Source: Candidatus Latescibacterota bacterium | GTDB taxonomy: Bacteria; Latescibacterota; UBA2968; GCA-2709665 | Direction of reading: 5' to 3' | Assembly (NCBI GenBank): GCA_965248435.1 | Contig: OZ252100.1 | Span: 1,280,001-1,344,000 of the forward strand | DNA length: 64,000 nucleotides | Shown: positions 37,477-46,876 of the stretch, piece after piece | How positions within the stretch are numbered: position 1 is the stretch's first letter | How the letters are laid out: every line of letters begins with the position of its first letter | Notes under the pieces: generated by a model | The model's input: only the letters and a program-made list of their open reading frames with translations | What the model was told of the DNA's origin: nothing | The model's database searches: none | Position numbers and translations under genes: made by a program

Positions 37477-38769
37477 TCAAACCACACTCATCTGGACGCG
37501 GCGGATCCTGGCACCCAGCGACCTCAGTCGTTCATCAATCCGTTCGTGCCCGCGATCGATCTGCTCGATATTACCGATCACGCTTTCGCCTTCGGCGCAG
37601 AGACTTGCAATAAGGAGCGCCATGCCGGCGCGGATATCTGGACTCATAAGATGCTCGCCGTAAAGCTTGGACGGCCCGACCACAACGGCCCGATGGGGAT
37701 CACACAGGATGATCTTGGCACCCATCTCGATCAGTCGGTCCACCCAGTACATGCGTGACTCGAACATCTTCTCGAAGAAAAGGATGGTCCCTCTCGCTTG
37801 GGTGGCCACTACGATGGCAATGCTCATCAAATCGGCCGGAAACCCGGGCCACGGATCGTCGTCGATCTTCGGGATGGCGTTGCCAACATCGGGAATAATC
37901 TCCAACTTTTGGTAATCCGGGACGATAATGTCCTCACCATCAATCTGGACCTCGAGCCCCAGACGGCGAAAGACCATCAGGCTCCGACGCATGGCTTCGG
38001 GCGCGGCGTTCGGAATTCGAATTTCTCCATTTGTGACCGCTGCGAGCCCGATGAAACTCCCCACTTCCATGTAGTCGGGGCCGATCGTGTGAACCCCACC
38101 GCCCAATGCGTCCACGCCCTCGATCGTGAGCTCGTTCGTCCCGATCCCTGAAATCCTCGCCCCCAGCACATTGAGTAGATGGCAAAGCTCCTGAACGTGA
38201 GGTTCCGAGGCCGCGTTTCGAATCACGGTCTTGCCCTCCGCGAGTGTGGCGGTCATCACGGTATGTTCCGTCGCCGTCACGCTCCGTTCATCCAGGAAGA
38301 TGTCCGCTCCTTTCAAGCCCCTGGGGGCCTCCATCTCGTAGATGTGATTCGTGGAGATGCGAGCGCCAAGCGCCTCAAGGGCCATGATGTGGGAATCCAC
38401 ACGCCGCCTTCCGATCTTGTCACCACCGGGCCTTGGAACCGTGGCCTGCCCGCAGCGCGCCAGCAGCGGGCCAGAAAACATAAAACCGCCCCTCACCTTC
38501 CGACAAAGATCGGATCTCAGGGCGGTCTTGTTGATGGAACGGGCAGAAACGACCAATTCGTGATGGCCGTGGATCTTGATCTGCACGCCTAAATCCCTCA
38601 GGATCTCCACGATGCAAGCGATGTCACCGATATCCGGGACATTCTTTAGAACAACGTCTTCCCTTGTAAGAAGTGTCGCCGCCAGCACGGCTTGTGCCGC
38701 ATTCTTGTTGCCGGCCGGCGAGATCGTGCCGGAGAGTGGGTACCCCCCTTCAATCACGAACTGTTCCAT
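37477..38769 (-). CDS. murA: UDP-N-acetylglucosamine 1-carboxyvinyltransferase
   Basis: [15 protein letters not shown] (Asp at the fosfomycin-target Cys position), SVTAT, A.EPH, PWPGFP.D, PDIRAG. Confidence 0.95.
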   Translation of the reverse strand: MEQFVIEGGYPLSGTISPAGNKNAAQAVLAATLLTREDVVLKNVPDIGDIACIVEILRDLGVQIKIHGHHELVVSARSINKTALRSDLCRKVRGGFMFSGPLLARCGQATVPRPGGDKIGRRRVDSHIMALEALGARISTNHIYEMEAPRGLKGADIFLDERSVTATEHTVMTATLAEGKTVIRNAASEPHVQELCHLLNVLGARISGIGTNELTIEGVDALGGGVHTIGPDYMEVGSFIGLAAVTNGEIRIPNAAPEAMRRSLMVFRRLGLEVQIDGEDIIVPDYQKLEIIPDVGNAIPKIDDDPWPGFPADLMSIAIVVATQARGTILFFEKMFESRMYWVDRLIEMGAKIILCDPHRAVVVGPSKLYGEHLMSPDIRAGMALLIASLCAEGESVIGNIEQIDRGHERIDERLRSLGARIRRVQMSVV

Positions 38770-39108
38770 GGACCTCCTCAGATTTTTCGAGGGGGGGAGG
38801 GTGATATGTCGTTCGTGGTCTAAGTTAAACTATAACAAATCCTTGAGGAAAATTCAAGAGGAAAATCCTCACAGCATTTGTGGCGAGAACGGGCGGTTGG
38901 TGCGCGCCGTGCCGATAGCTAAAGGGGTCTGCCAAGAATTGTAAGTTGTGAATTTGGGACCCGATTGTGAACGCCCATTGGGCCTTGCTCTCCGGAAATG
39001 AAGTTGACAGCCTTCGCAATTTGATCTATCTTCTTGTCCGTAGTGCCCTTAACACAATGAGTTACGTAATCTCTACCGTATCAAGCCAGTCGATTCGGAG
39101 CCCTCGGG

Positions 39109-40542
39109 ATGCCGATCTATGAGAACCTGATCAGGAGTCGGGCAAGCGCGCGGGTAGGCCGCAAGGGTCTGCGTTCCATCCTCTTCCTCGTTGTTGCGTG
39201 CGTCGCTGCTCTCCTTGCCGGAATGGGCCAAATGACCGGCCTCACGCCCGAAGTAGAGGCCCCGCCCGAGGTGGATCAGACCGAATCAGAAAGCGTAAAC
39301 ACGCTCCTCGTGGAGCCTGAGCCTCAGTTCACCGAAATCTCGGGACAGATCGGACCACGACAGGTCTTTTCAGAGGCCCTGATGGGAAAGGGAATCTCTC
39401 ACGAACAGGTGTTCGATCTCGTCTCCGCGGTCCGGGCCGGCGTGCACCGCCGCGAGTTTAATCCGAATCTTGTGCAGCGGGGAGATCGCTACCGGATAGG
39501 CGTCGACAGCCTTGGCATTATTCAGTCCTTCGAATTTGTCAAGAAGGGGGCAATGGAGACCCGCTTTGTCGCGCTGCGCGAAGACGGGATCCTTCGCGCG
39601 AAAAAGGAACAGGTTCCCCTCGACCGCGAGGTCGTCATCATCTCAGGCGTCATCAAAGACATGCTTTGGAATGCCCTCGCCGCAACAGGAGAGAATCCGG
39701 CCGTGCTCAGTGACAAGATGGTAGACATCTTCGAATATTACATCGATTTCATGGTCGACTGTCGCGCCAACGATCGGTTCGCACTCATCGTGGAGAAACT
39801 CTTCAAAGATGGGCAATTCTTCCGTTATGGGAACATCCTGGCAGCCGAGTATGCCACCGCCAGGAAAAGCTACCAGGCCTTCAGATTCGGCGATGCCCGG
39901 ATGGGATGGCGCTATTACGATTCCGAGGGCAAATCGCTCCAGGGACTCTTCTTGAAGTCCCCTCTGAACTACCGCCGCATCAGCTCCCGCTATAACCCCA
40001 GGCGGTTTCATCCGATCTTGAAGAAAATCATCCCGCATCACGGAATCGACTATGCGGCCGACTACGGGTCCCGCGTTTGGGCAACAGCAGATGGGACCGT
40101 CACCTTCATAGGGCGAAGGGGTGCACTCGGAAAGTACATCGAGATCAGACACAAGAATGGCTACAAAACAGGCTATGGGCATCTGAGTCGGTTCCGGAAA
40201 GGGCTCAAAACGGGCGCCTACGTGAGACAGAAACAGACAATCGGCTACGTGGGTAGCACGGGAAGGGCAACGGGACCCCACGTCCACTACAATTTCCTCG
40301 TCCTGGACAAGAACGGAAAGTACCGACCGCGGAACCCGGCAAAGATCGTCGTCAGCCCAAAACGAAAGTCGGTCCCTCCCTCCCGTCTCTCCGATTTTCT
40401 TCAACTTCGGGAACGATTTCTGGTGCTGCTCGATGGCGTCGCAGGCTCTGTCTTAACGGCCCGCTTGGATGTTGATTCAAAAGCGGGGGTCAACGTGCCC
40501 GATGATGGGAAATCTTTCAGAGAAACGGAAAGGCCTTTTTGA
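39109..40542 (+). CDS. M23 family peptidoglycan DD-endopeptidase (MepM-like)
   Basis: RISS.Y..RRFHPI, H.GIDYAA, YGHLS, GYVGSTG.ATGPHVHY; TTGACA-N17-TATCTT promoter at 39004-39032. Confidence 0.9.
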   Translation: MPIYENLIRSRASARVGRKGLRSILFLVVACVAALLAGMGQMTGLTPEVEAPPEVDQTESESVNTLLVEPEPQFTEISGQIGPRQVFSEALMGKGISHEQVFDLVSAVRAGVHRREFNPNLVQRGDRYRIGVDSLGIIQSFEFVKKGAMETRFVALREDGILRAKKEQVPLDREVVIISGVIKDMLWNALAATGENPAVLSDKMVDIFEYYIDFMVDCRANDRFALIVEKLFKDGQFFRYGNILAAEYATARKSYQAFRFGDARMGWRYYDSEGKSLQGLFLKSPLNYRRISSRYNPRRFHPILKKIIPHHGIDYAADYGSRVWATADGTVTFIGRRGALGKYIEIRHKNGYKTGYGHLSRFRKGLKTGAYVRQKQTIGYVGSTGRATGPHVHYNFLVLDKNGKYRPRNPAKIVVSPKRKSVPPSRLSDFLQLRERFLVLLDGVAGSVLTARLDVDSKAGVNVPDDGKSFRETERPF

Positions 40543-40967
40543 TGCTGGACAGTGCGAACAACCTGCTTCGCAAGATTGACAAAGTTGCCGAGGAAGACGG
40601 GCGCTACAAGCGAGAAGCCTATCTGTTTGTGTATGCCGCCCTGGAATTCGCCGTCCATAAGTTGAAACGAGACCAGGTTGAAACGGCCGAAGCCAGGCAC
40701 ATCACCGGCAGGGAGCTCTCGGAACACATCGCTGTTTACGCGCAGGAACAATACGGCCCGATGGCACGCCCCGTGTTCGAACATTGGGGCGTACAGAAAA
40801 CCCTCGACTTCGGGCGAATTGTCTTCAACCTGGTCGAAGCAGAGTTGATGAGCAAGACCGAAGAAGACAGGTTGGAGGATTTCCAGGACGTCTACGACTT
40901 CGACGAGGTCTTCGATCCCAAGAAGATCCAGGACGATCTAAGCCAGTTCGATCTGGAAAGGCTCTAA
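40539..40967 (+). CDS. Minf_1886 family protein
   Basis: RY..EAY.FV..AL, HITGREL, YG.MA..V...WG...T.DFG.IVFNLV. Confidence 0.8.
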   Translation: MMLDSANNLLRKIDKVAEEDGRYKREAYLFVYAALEFAVHKLKRDQVETAEARHITGRELSEHIAVYAQEQYGPMARPVFEHWGVQKTLDFGRIVFNLVEAELMSKTEEDRLEDFQDVYDFDEVFDPKKIQDDLSQFDLERL

Positions 40968-41035
40968 AAGGAAACGCAAAAGCGGAGTTGGGCCGTGGCG
41001 TATCGCGCCGCGGCCTTTTTTGCAGAGGAAATTGA

Positions 41036-42232
41036 ATGAAAGTCGCTTATTTCGACTGTTTTTCTGGTATCAGTGGAGATATGCTTTTGGGAAGCCTGCT
41101 GGATGCGGGGCTCCCGCTTGAATCACTTCTGGTGGAAGTCCAGAAATTGGAGCTTCCTAATGTTGAGATCCGCGCAAGAAGCGTAGAGAAGCACGGAATC
41201 AGCGCCACGAAGGTGGACGTGCTGACAAAAGAGACCGGAAAGCACAGACATCTCGGAGACGTCTTGGAACTCCTGGACAGATGCCCAACCCACGGCAAAA
41301 TCAGGTCCGATGCTCGAAAAATTTTCCAGAACCTGGCCCGGGCCGAAGCGGAGGTACACGGCGCCTCGCCCGAAACCGTTGTCTTTCACGAAATCGGAGC
41401 GATGGACGCCATCGTGGATGTCTTGGGCACGCTGATCTGTTTGGACCTTCTCTACGTGGAGCGCGTCTACGCCTCAGTCATCCGATTCGGTCGCGGAACG
41501 ACTCGTGGCGCACACGGTCCGCTTCCTATTCCCGCCCCGGCCGTCGTGGCCCTCTGCAAAGGGCTGCCCACGGAGCGAACCGAGATCCCTTACGAACTGG
41601 TCACGCCGACCGGAGCAGCGATCCTGTCGACGCTGGCGACCGAGGTTGGGTGCCGGATGACCCTGACGACCGAATCTTTCGGCTATGGGGCAGGGACTCG
41701 AGATATTGAGGAGGTGCCGAATCTGCTCAGAGTGGAGCTTGGCCAACTCAAGGAAGACCTGAAGGCAGACACCCTCTACTTGATCGAAACGAATGTCGAC
41801 GACATGTCGCCGGAAATCTATGGCTACGTGACGGACAGACTGCTCGCAGAAGGCGCGCGCGACGCCTACCTCACTCCCCTTATCATGAAAAAGGGCCGCC
41901 CGGGCGTTCTGGTGAGCGTTCTCTCAGATCCGTCCAATGTAAATCGTCTGACCGAGATCCTCCTGCGTGAAACGACGACCCTCGGCGTGCGGGTAAGTCA
42001 GGTGGATCGGCTATCCATCGACCGGAAGCAGGAAGTTTTCCAAACTCCTTTTGGGCCTGTGAGCGTGAAGATTTCTCACTCTGGCGGGAGAACGCTTTTC
42101 GCTCCTGAGTACGAGGACTGTGCCGGGATCGCCAGAGCACACGATGTATCCATCCTCGAGGTCTACAGGGCCGCAACGCGTGCTGCAGAATCAAAGCAAA
42201 AGCCCGGGAACAGCCCCGGGCAATCAGCTTGA
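41036..42232 (+). CDS. larC: Nickel pincer cofactor biosynthesis protein LarC
   Basis: YFDCFSGISGDM.LG, FHEIGA.DAIVD, ELVTPTGAAI, ETNVDD, MKKGRPG, PEYEDC. Confidence 0.93.
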   Translation: MKVAYFDCFSGISGDMLLGSLLDAGLPLESLLVEVQKLELPNVEIRARSVEKHGISATKVDVLTKETGKHRHLGDVLELLDRCPTHGKIRSDARKIFQNLARAEAEVHGASPETVVFHEIGAMDAIVDVLGTLICLDLLYVERVYASVIRFGRGTTRGAHGPLPIPAPAVVALCKGLPTERTEIPYELVTPTGAAILSTLATEVGCRMTLTTESFGYGAGTRDIEEVPNLLRVELGQLKEDLKADTLYLIETNVDDMSPEIYGYVTDRLLAEGARDAYLTPLIMKKGRPGVLVSVLSDPSNVNRLTEILLRETTTLGVRVSQVDRLSIDRKQEVFQTPFGPVSVKISHSGGRTLFAPEYEDCAGIARAHDVSILEVYRAATRAAESKQKPGNSPGQSA

Positions 42233-42261
42233 ATCTTATGAGTCAAGCAGGTGCAAGCTAG

Positions 42262-42495
42262 TCAGCCCTCGTCCATCTCCTCAAGCGATTGAATCAATCC
42301 ACCCACCGTCCTCACTTCACTTCCTTCCTCGAGCCCTTGGCCGCCGTCCTTAGCCTCGTCGAAAAATAGAAAACTCTCCAAGTCCCTCAGAAACTCGAGA
42401 CAGTGCCATACCTTGGTGCGTTCATAATCCTCGGAACAGAGTTCCCTGGGGATCGGGCATTGATCATAAAGCTTTCGCGGACAAGGGCGAGGCAT
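42262..42495 (-). CDS. Small Cys-rich hypothetical protein
   Basis: 77-aa ORF starting 9 nt after the glnA stop; four Cys, acidic C half. Confidence 0.45.
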   Translation of the reverse strand: MPRPCPRKLYDQCPIPRELCSEDYERTKVWHCLEFLRDLESFLFFDEAKDGGQGLEEGSEVRTVGGLIQSLEEMDEG

Positions 42496-42504
42496 CTGCC
42501 GTAC

Positions 42505-43839
42505 TCATAGAGTTTTCAGATACTGGTCGATTTCATACCCGGTCACTTGGGCCCGATAGTCGGCCCACTCGATCTTTTTGTTCTCGATAAATTTCTCAAG
42601 AACGTGGTCTCCAAGCGATTTGCGCAGAAGTTCGCTCCCCTGGGCCAGCTCGATCGCGTGCGATAGATCTTGGGGCAGCGTTTCGATTCCTGCCTTCTGC
42701 CGTGCAGAATCGCTCATCTCGGCAACGTTCATTTCTGAAGGCGGAGGCAGTTTGAAGCGCTTTTCGATGCCTTCCAGACCAGCCGCCAACATCACGGAGA
42801 AGGCCAGGTAAGGATTACAAGCTGGATCGGGAGACCTGTATTCCACACGAACGGCGTTTTCCTTGCCGGGTTTATAGGCAGGCACTCGAACCAGATCGGA
42901 CCGATTGATCACGGCCCAGGTTGTGTAGATGGGGGCCTCGTAACCAGGAACGAGCCGCTTGTAGGAATTTACCCACTGGTTCGTCACAAGTGTGATCTCC
43001 CTCGCGTAGCGGAGTAACCCGACGATGTAGTACTTAGCGGCGCGAGACAGATGAAACGGGTCCTTCGGATTGAAGAAGGCGTTGCGTTCCCCCTTGAACA
43101 GGGACATATGCGTGTGCATCCCGTTTCCATTTACGCCGAAGACCGGTTTGGGCATGAACGTGGCCCAGACGCCGTGTTTCAACGCGATCTCCTTGACCAC
43201 CAGACGGTAGGTCATGGCACTGTCGGCCATCGTCAGGGCGTCTGTGTAGAGCAAGTCGATTTCGTGCTGACTGGGAGCCCCTTCGTGATGGCTCGAGGCG
43301 ACCTCAATTCCCATCTGCTGCAAGGCCAGGACAGTCTCGCGTCGGAGGTCGCTGGCGACATCCAGAGGAGTGAGATCGAAGTACCCGCCTTCGTCTAAAC
43401 CCTTCAGCGGTCGTTCTGTGCTCTCGAAGTAGAAATATTCCAGCTCCGGACTGACATAAAATGTGAAGCCCATATCCGAAGCCCGCTTGAGATTTTTCTT
43501 GAGCACCCACCGTGGGTCCCCCTCATAAGGTTTTCCGTTGGGTTCCACGATATCACAGAACATGCGCGCAACCGTACCCTGTTCGCGGGGGCGAAAGGGG
43601 AGCACCTGAAAGGTGCTCGGATCCGGCATGGCGATCATATCGCTTTCATCGATCCGTGCGAAGCCCTCCACGGAGGACCCGTCGAAACCGATTCCCCCAT
43701 CGAGTGCTTCCCCCAGCTGTTCAACCGGAATCGCGACGCTCTTCAGAAACCCGAGGATATCCGTGAACCAAAGGCGGATAAACTTCACGCTATGATCCTT
43801 GGCCGCGCTCAAAACGTAATCTTTGCTTCCGTCGTTCAT
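42505..43839 (-). CDS. glnA: Glutamine synthetase type I
   Basis: FTDILG.LK, FDGSS.EGFARI.ESDM, HHE.A..QHEI, TFMPKP..GVNG.GMH.H, NSYKRLVPGYEAP, RSPDP.CNPYL; start re-called at MNDGSK. Confidence 0.96.
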   Translation of the reverse strand: MNDGSKDYVLSAAKDHSVKFIRLWFTDILGFLKSVAIPVEQLGEALDGGIGFDGSSVEGFARIDESDMIAMPDPSTFQVLPFRPREQGTVARMFCDIVEPNGKPYEGDPRWVLKKNLKRASDMGFTFYVSPELEYFYFESTERPLKGLDEGGYFDLTPLDVASDLRRETVLALQQMGIEVASSHHEGAPSQHEIDLLYTDALTMADSAMTYRLVVKEIALKHGVWATFMPKPVFGVNGNGMHTHMSLFKGERNAFFNPKDPFHLSRAAKYYIVGLLRYAREITLVTNQWVNSYKRLVPGYEAPIYTTWAVINRSDLVRVPAYKPGKENAVRVEYRSPDPACNPYLAFSVMLAAGLEGIEKRFKLPPPSEMNVAEMSDSARQKAGIETLPQDLSHAIELAQGSELLRKSLGDHVLEKFIENKKIEWADYRAQVTGYEIDQYLKTL

Positions 43840-43912
43840 GATTTGGCTCGGTTCGCTGCTTTGTGACGGTGATGGACCGAATAAGAACGGATACAAAAAG
43901 TACTGCCGGCAT

Positions 43913-43950
43913 GTTACGCGCATGTTTCTGGAAGATTAAATGGAGGTTAA
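43913..43950 (-). promoter_or_regulatory. Four pentamers at 11-bp period upstream of glnA (GlnR/OmpR-type box)
   Basis: Minus strand TTAAC-N6-TTAAT-N6-GAAAC-N6-GTAAC. Confidence 0.5.
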
Positions 43951-44130
43951 CAGGAAGGGAACGTTGACCTGAAATCCGAGCAGAACCACCTTGGTGCGCG
44001 CCTCCTCAGATTCCTCGCGATCTCTGTGTTTCTACACTGTTTTTCAAGGACGAAGATCAGAGGTGTACGCGAAAAGCCCTGAAGGTCACCGACCTCCAGG
44101 GCTGCAGGTTTTCACGAAAGCCTTTTAAAG

Positions 44131-44406
44131 CTACTGAACAGCCTCTTTAAGGGCTTTTCCGGCCTTAAAACGCAGAGTCTTGCTCGCCGCAATCTGAATC
44201 GTAGCACCAGTTTGAGGGTTGCGCCCCTGTCGTGCCGCTCTACTCCCAACAGAGAATGTTCCGAAGCCAGAAATCGAAACCCGTTCTCCCTTCTTCAGCG
44301 CCGAAGTAATTTCACCTAAAACAGTATCCAGGGCAGCTCCCGCGGCCTTCTTGGAGATATCCGCCTTATCAGAAATCGCATCCACTAGATCCGCCTTGTT
44401 TGGCAT
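44131..44406 (-). CDS. hup: Histone-like DNA-binding protein HU
   Basis: NKADLV, GFGTF....RAAR.GRNPQTG..I.I.A....FKAGK.LK; TTGACA-N17-TATATT promoter at 44465-44437. Confidence 0.96.
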   Translation of the reverse strand: MPNKADLVDAISDKADISKKAAGAALDTVLGEITSALKKGERVSISGFGTFSVGSRAARQGRNPQTGATIQIAASKTLRFKAGKALKEAVQ

Positions 44407-44587
44407 ATTTCTCACCCCCTTTCGAAAAGGCGCCTAAATATAGTACCCCAGCGGAAGTTTGTCAAGCCAGCAAGGCCCGAAAAAGTCCCGTAATAGCGCA
44501 TTTTCTTCTTGAATCTAAAGAGGTTATCTCATATGTTTTTCTGCTTCAGATCGAGTTGCGATTGGACTAAATCCGAGGCGAACGCGG

Positions 44588-45085
44588 ATGACCCGTAGCC
44601 TGACCCTGAATGCGATGCTCACTGCCTTAACGGCGGTTGCGACGCTTGTTTTACGTATTCCAACACCTGCAACACAGGGATACGTGAACCTCGGTGACAG
44701 CGTAATCATCAGTGCCGCACTTCTCTTTGGGTCCAGAACCGGGGCCTTGTCTGGAGGAATCGGCTCCGCGTTAGCGGATATCCTGGGCGGCTATGCACAC
44801 TGGGCTCCCTTTACGCTCGTCATCAAGGGCGCGGAGGGAGCCTTGGTTGGGAGCTTTTCACGCAAATCGCTGCTTTCGAGGATGGGCGTTCTGATTGGTG
44901 GACTCAGGGCATTTGTCGGCACCTTATGGATGGTTTTGGGATACTTCCTCACCGAAACGTTCCTTTACGGATGGCAACCTGCCCTCGCCGGACTCCTGGG
45001 GAACGGGATACAAGGTTTGGCAAGTCTGATCCTGGCGATTCCTGCTGCCATACTCCTTGAACGAGCCGGATTTCGCCGTGAATGA
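44588..45085 (+). CDS. ECF transporter S component
   Basis: IPTP.T.GYVNLGD, GIGSALAD..GGY..WAPFT..IKG.EG. Confidence 0.88.
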   Translation: MTRSLTLNAMLTALTAVATLVLRIPTPATQGYVNLGDSVIISAALLFGSRTGALSGGIGSALADILGGYAHWAPFTLVIKGAEGALVGSFSRKSLLSRMGVLIGGLRAFVGTLWMVLGYFLTETFLYGWQPALAGLLGNGIQGLASLILAIPAAILLERAGFRRE

Positions 45086-45094
45086 TCGTCTTAA

Positions 45095-45130
45095 CAAAAA
45101 AAAGGGGGCGGCGGAAGCCGTCCCCCTTCT
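45095..45130. terminator. Terminator between convergent ECF-S and EIIA genes
   Basis: A run followed by AAGGGGGCGGC-GGAA-GCCGTCCCCCTT hairpin. Confidence 0.75.
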
Positions 45131-45148
45131 CTCAAGGTCGTCTTCGGA

Positions 45149-45622
45149 TCAGCAGGAAACGCTTTCCGGCTTCACGAGCGCCCCTTTCAAAATCTCTAAA
45201 ACTTCAATCTCCGAGTCCGCGTTCAACAGGGCTTGCCGAACTGGCGCTTCGTGTAACAGGCGAGCAATCTCGGCCACCGTCTTCAAGTAGGCTTGGTCGT
45301 GTTTGTTGGGCCAGCCGATCAGTACCACGATGGACACCCTTTCACCCTCTCCCCATTCGATCCCGTTTCTCGAAACACCCAGTCCGATGACCGGTTCCTC
45401 GATCGTCTCGTCCCGGTAGTGAGGAATCGCAACGCCATCTCCGACACCACTCCCGAAGCGCAGTTCCTTTTGTACCATTACCGATAGAAACTGGCGAAAT
45501 GCGGAAATCTCTGGCCCGTCCTCCAGTAGGCCCGCCAACTCGCGGATCGCCTCCACCTTATTCCGTGCGTCCATGCGCACAAGAATTCTGTCCTGCTTGA
45601 GGTATCGGAGAAGATTAGCCAC
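45149..45622 (-). CDS. PTS EIIA component (fructose/nitrogen-type, PtsN-like)
   Basis: K.EAI.EL, E....SGVG.GVAIPH (phospho-His), G..W, L..IARLL. Confidence 0.85.
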   Translation of the reverse strand: MANLLRYLKQDRILVRMDARNKVEAIRELAGLLEDGPEISAFRQFLSVMVQKELRFGSGVGDGVAIPHYRDETIEEPVIGLGVSRNGIEWGEGERVSIVVLIGWPNKHDQAYLKTVAEIARLLHEAPVRQALLNADSEIEVLEILKGALVKPESVSC

Positions 45623-45679
45623 GATTGAACGATTGCCTCGCGATGTAGCAACGCCTCAGTAGAGTTGAAAGCACAGCGT

Positions 45680-46555
45680 CTAGGCCCATTCCATAAGCGG
45701 TTCCAACTGCATTCGGCGCTGAGGGTGTCGCAGCCTGTGCAGCGCCCTCTCTTTGATCTGCCTCACTCGCTCCCGGGTCAGTTGGAATCTTACTCCGATT
45801 TCCTCGAGTGTCATCGGTTCTTCGTCTCCGAGCCCAAAATAGAGTCGGAGTATTTTCGCCTCGCGATCCTCAAGAGAGTCCAGCACCATCTCCACCTGCT
45901 CCTGTACTGACCGCTCCACAACCCCGCTGTCGGGTGTCGCCTGAGACTCATCCGCCAACACGTTCAGCAGACTGTGATCGTCCTCTTCTTTGAATGTCGC
46001 GTCGAGAGACCAGACATCCCGACCTCGCATCATCGTGTCGCGCACCATTTCTACAGAAACACCCAGCTCATCCGCGACTGCCTCAGGCTCGGGCTCGTAC
46101 CCATTAGACTGAAACAGCTCGCGCGAGACCTTTGAAATGTTATGTAAGAGATCGATCCGATTGACCGGCAATCGAACAACCCGCGTGTCCTGCGCCAGGC
46201 TCTGATGGATGGATTGCCGGATCCACCAGACCGCGTAGGAGATGAACTTGAATCCGCGCCGACCGTCAAAACGCTCAGCGGCGGTCATCAGACCAAAGTT
46301 GCCCGCGCTGATCAAGTCTGAAAGCGGAACGCCGTAGTTCTGGTATTCACGCGCGATACTCACGACAAAACGCAGGTTGGCGCCGACCAGTGTATCCCGT
46401 GCCTTCTGGTCTCCTTTTCGGATCCGCTCCGCCAACCCGATCTCCTCTTTACCGGACAGAGGTGTCGAAGAGGCGATATCTCTCAAATACAGATTCAGTG
46501 TTTCGCTGTCTTGCACAGAAATCCCAGCCACGTTCACGATCTCCTCTCCTGCCAA
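45680..46555 (-). CDS. Second short RpoD/SigA-family sigma factor
   Basis: YLRDI, ANLRFVVSIA..YQN.G, GFKFISYAVWWIRQSI, LTRERVRQIKERAL. Confidence 0.92.
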   Translation of the reverse strand: MAGEEIVNVAGISVQDSETLNLYLRDIASSTPLSGKEEIGLAERIRKGDQKARDTLVGANLRFVVSIAREYQNYGVPLSDLISAGNFGLMTAAERFDGRRGFKFISYAVWWIRQSIHQSLAQDTRVVRLPVNRIDLLHNISKVSRELFQSNGYEPEPEAVADELGVSVEMVRDTMMRGRDVWSLDATFKEEDDHSLLNVLADESQATPDSGVVERSVQEQVEMVLDSLEDREAKILRLYFGLGDEEPMTLEEIGVRFQLTRERVRQIKERALHRLRHPQRRMQLEPLMEWA

Positions 46556-46714
46556 TCACCCGACCTGCGGCGACAACCGTCTCGTGCGTGCAGGTTTTGC
46601 ACCCTTCACGTCCGACCCACACAGGTTTGAAATCTACAACACGTTGTTAATAAATAACCTGTAAGGACGTTCCCGCAGCGACCGATACGGCCCCTAGATG
46701 CTGGTTGATAAATT

Positions 46715-46730
46715 AGCAACTTTAATGCCA
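46715..46730 (-). promoter_or_regulatory. Sigma54 (-24/-12) promoter upstream of the second sigma factor
   Basis: TGGCAT-TAAAG-TTGCT, with exact GG-N10-GC spacing. Confidence 0.8.
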
Positions 46731-46821
46731 TGTTGCGGGTAGAGAAAGGACAACTGCTTGTTTCGAAATGAATTGGGTGACAAGCCGACAGCGGGGATAT
46801 CTGCAACTCGGGGGACATACA

Positions 46822-46865
46822 CGCAAAATTTGCATTCCAATCGGATCTAAAGTGCAAATTCTGCA
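46822..46865. promoter_or_regulatory. Tandem enhancer-like palindromes (candidate bEBP binding sites)
   Basis: CGCA-AAATT-TGCA (46822-46834) and TGCA-AATTC-TGCA (46853-46865), 31 bp apart. Confidence 0.6.
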
Positions 46866-46876
46866 CATGTAGGTGT

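Noticed and set aside
37477-38769. MurA with Asp in place of the fosfomycin-reactive Cys
   Set aside because: A known natural variant class conferring intrinsic fosfomycin resistance, so not novel.
38911-38918. GCCGATAG upstream of the M23 peptidase gene
   Set aside because: No TAAA at the proper distance, and a good sigma70 promoter at 39004-39032 explains expression.
43890-43910. Sigma54 promoter for glnA (CGGCAG..TTTGT on minus strand)
   Set aside because: GG-to-GC spacing and the -12 dinucleotide do not fit.
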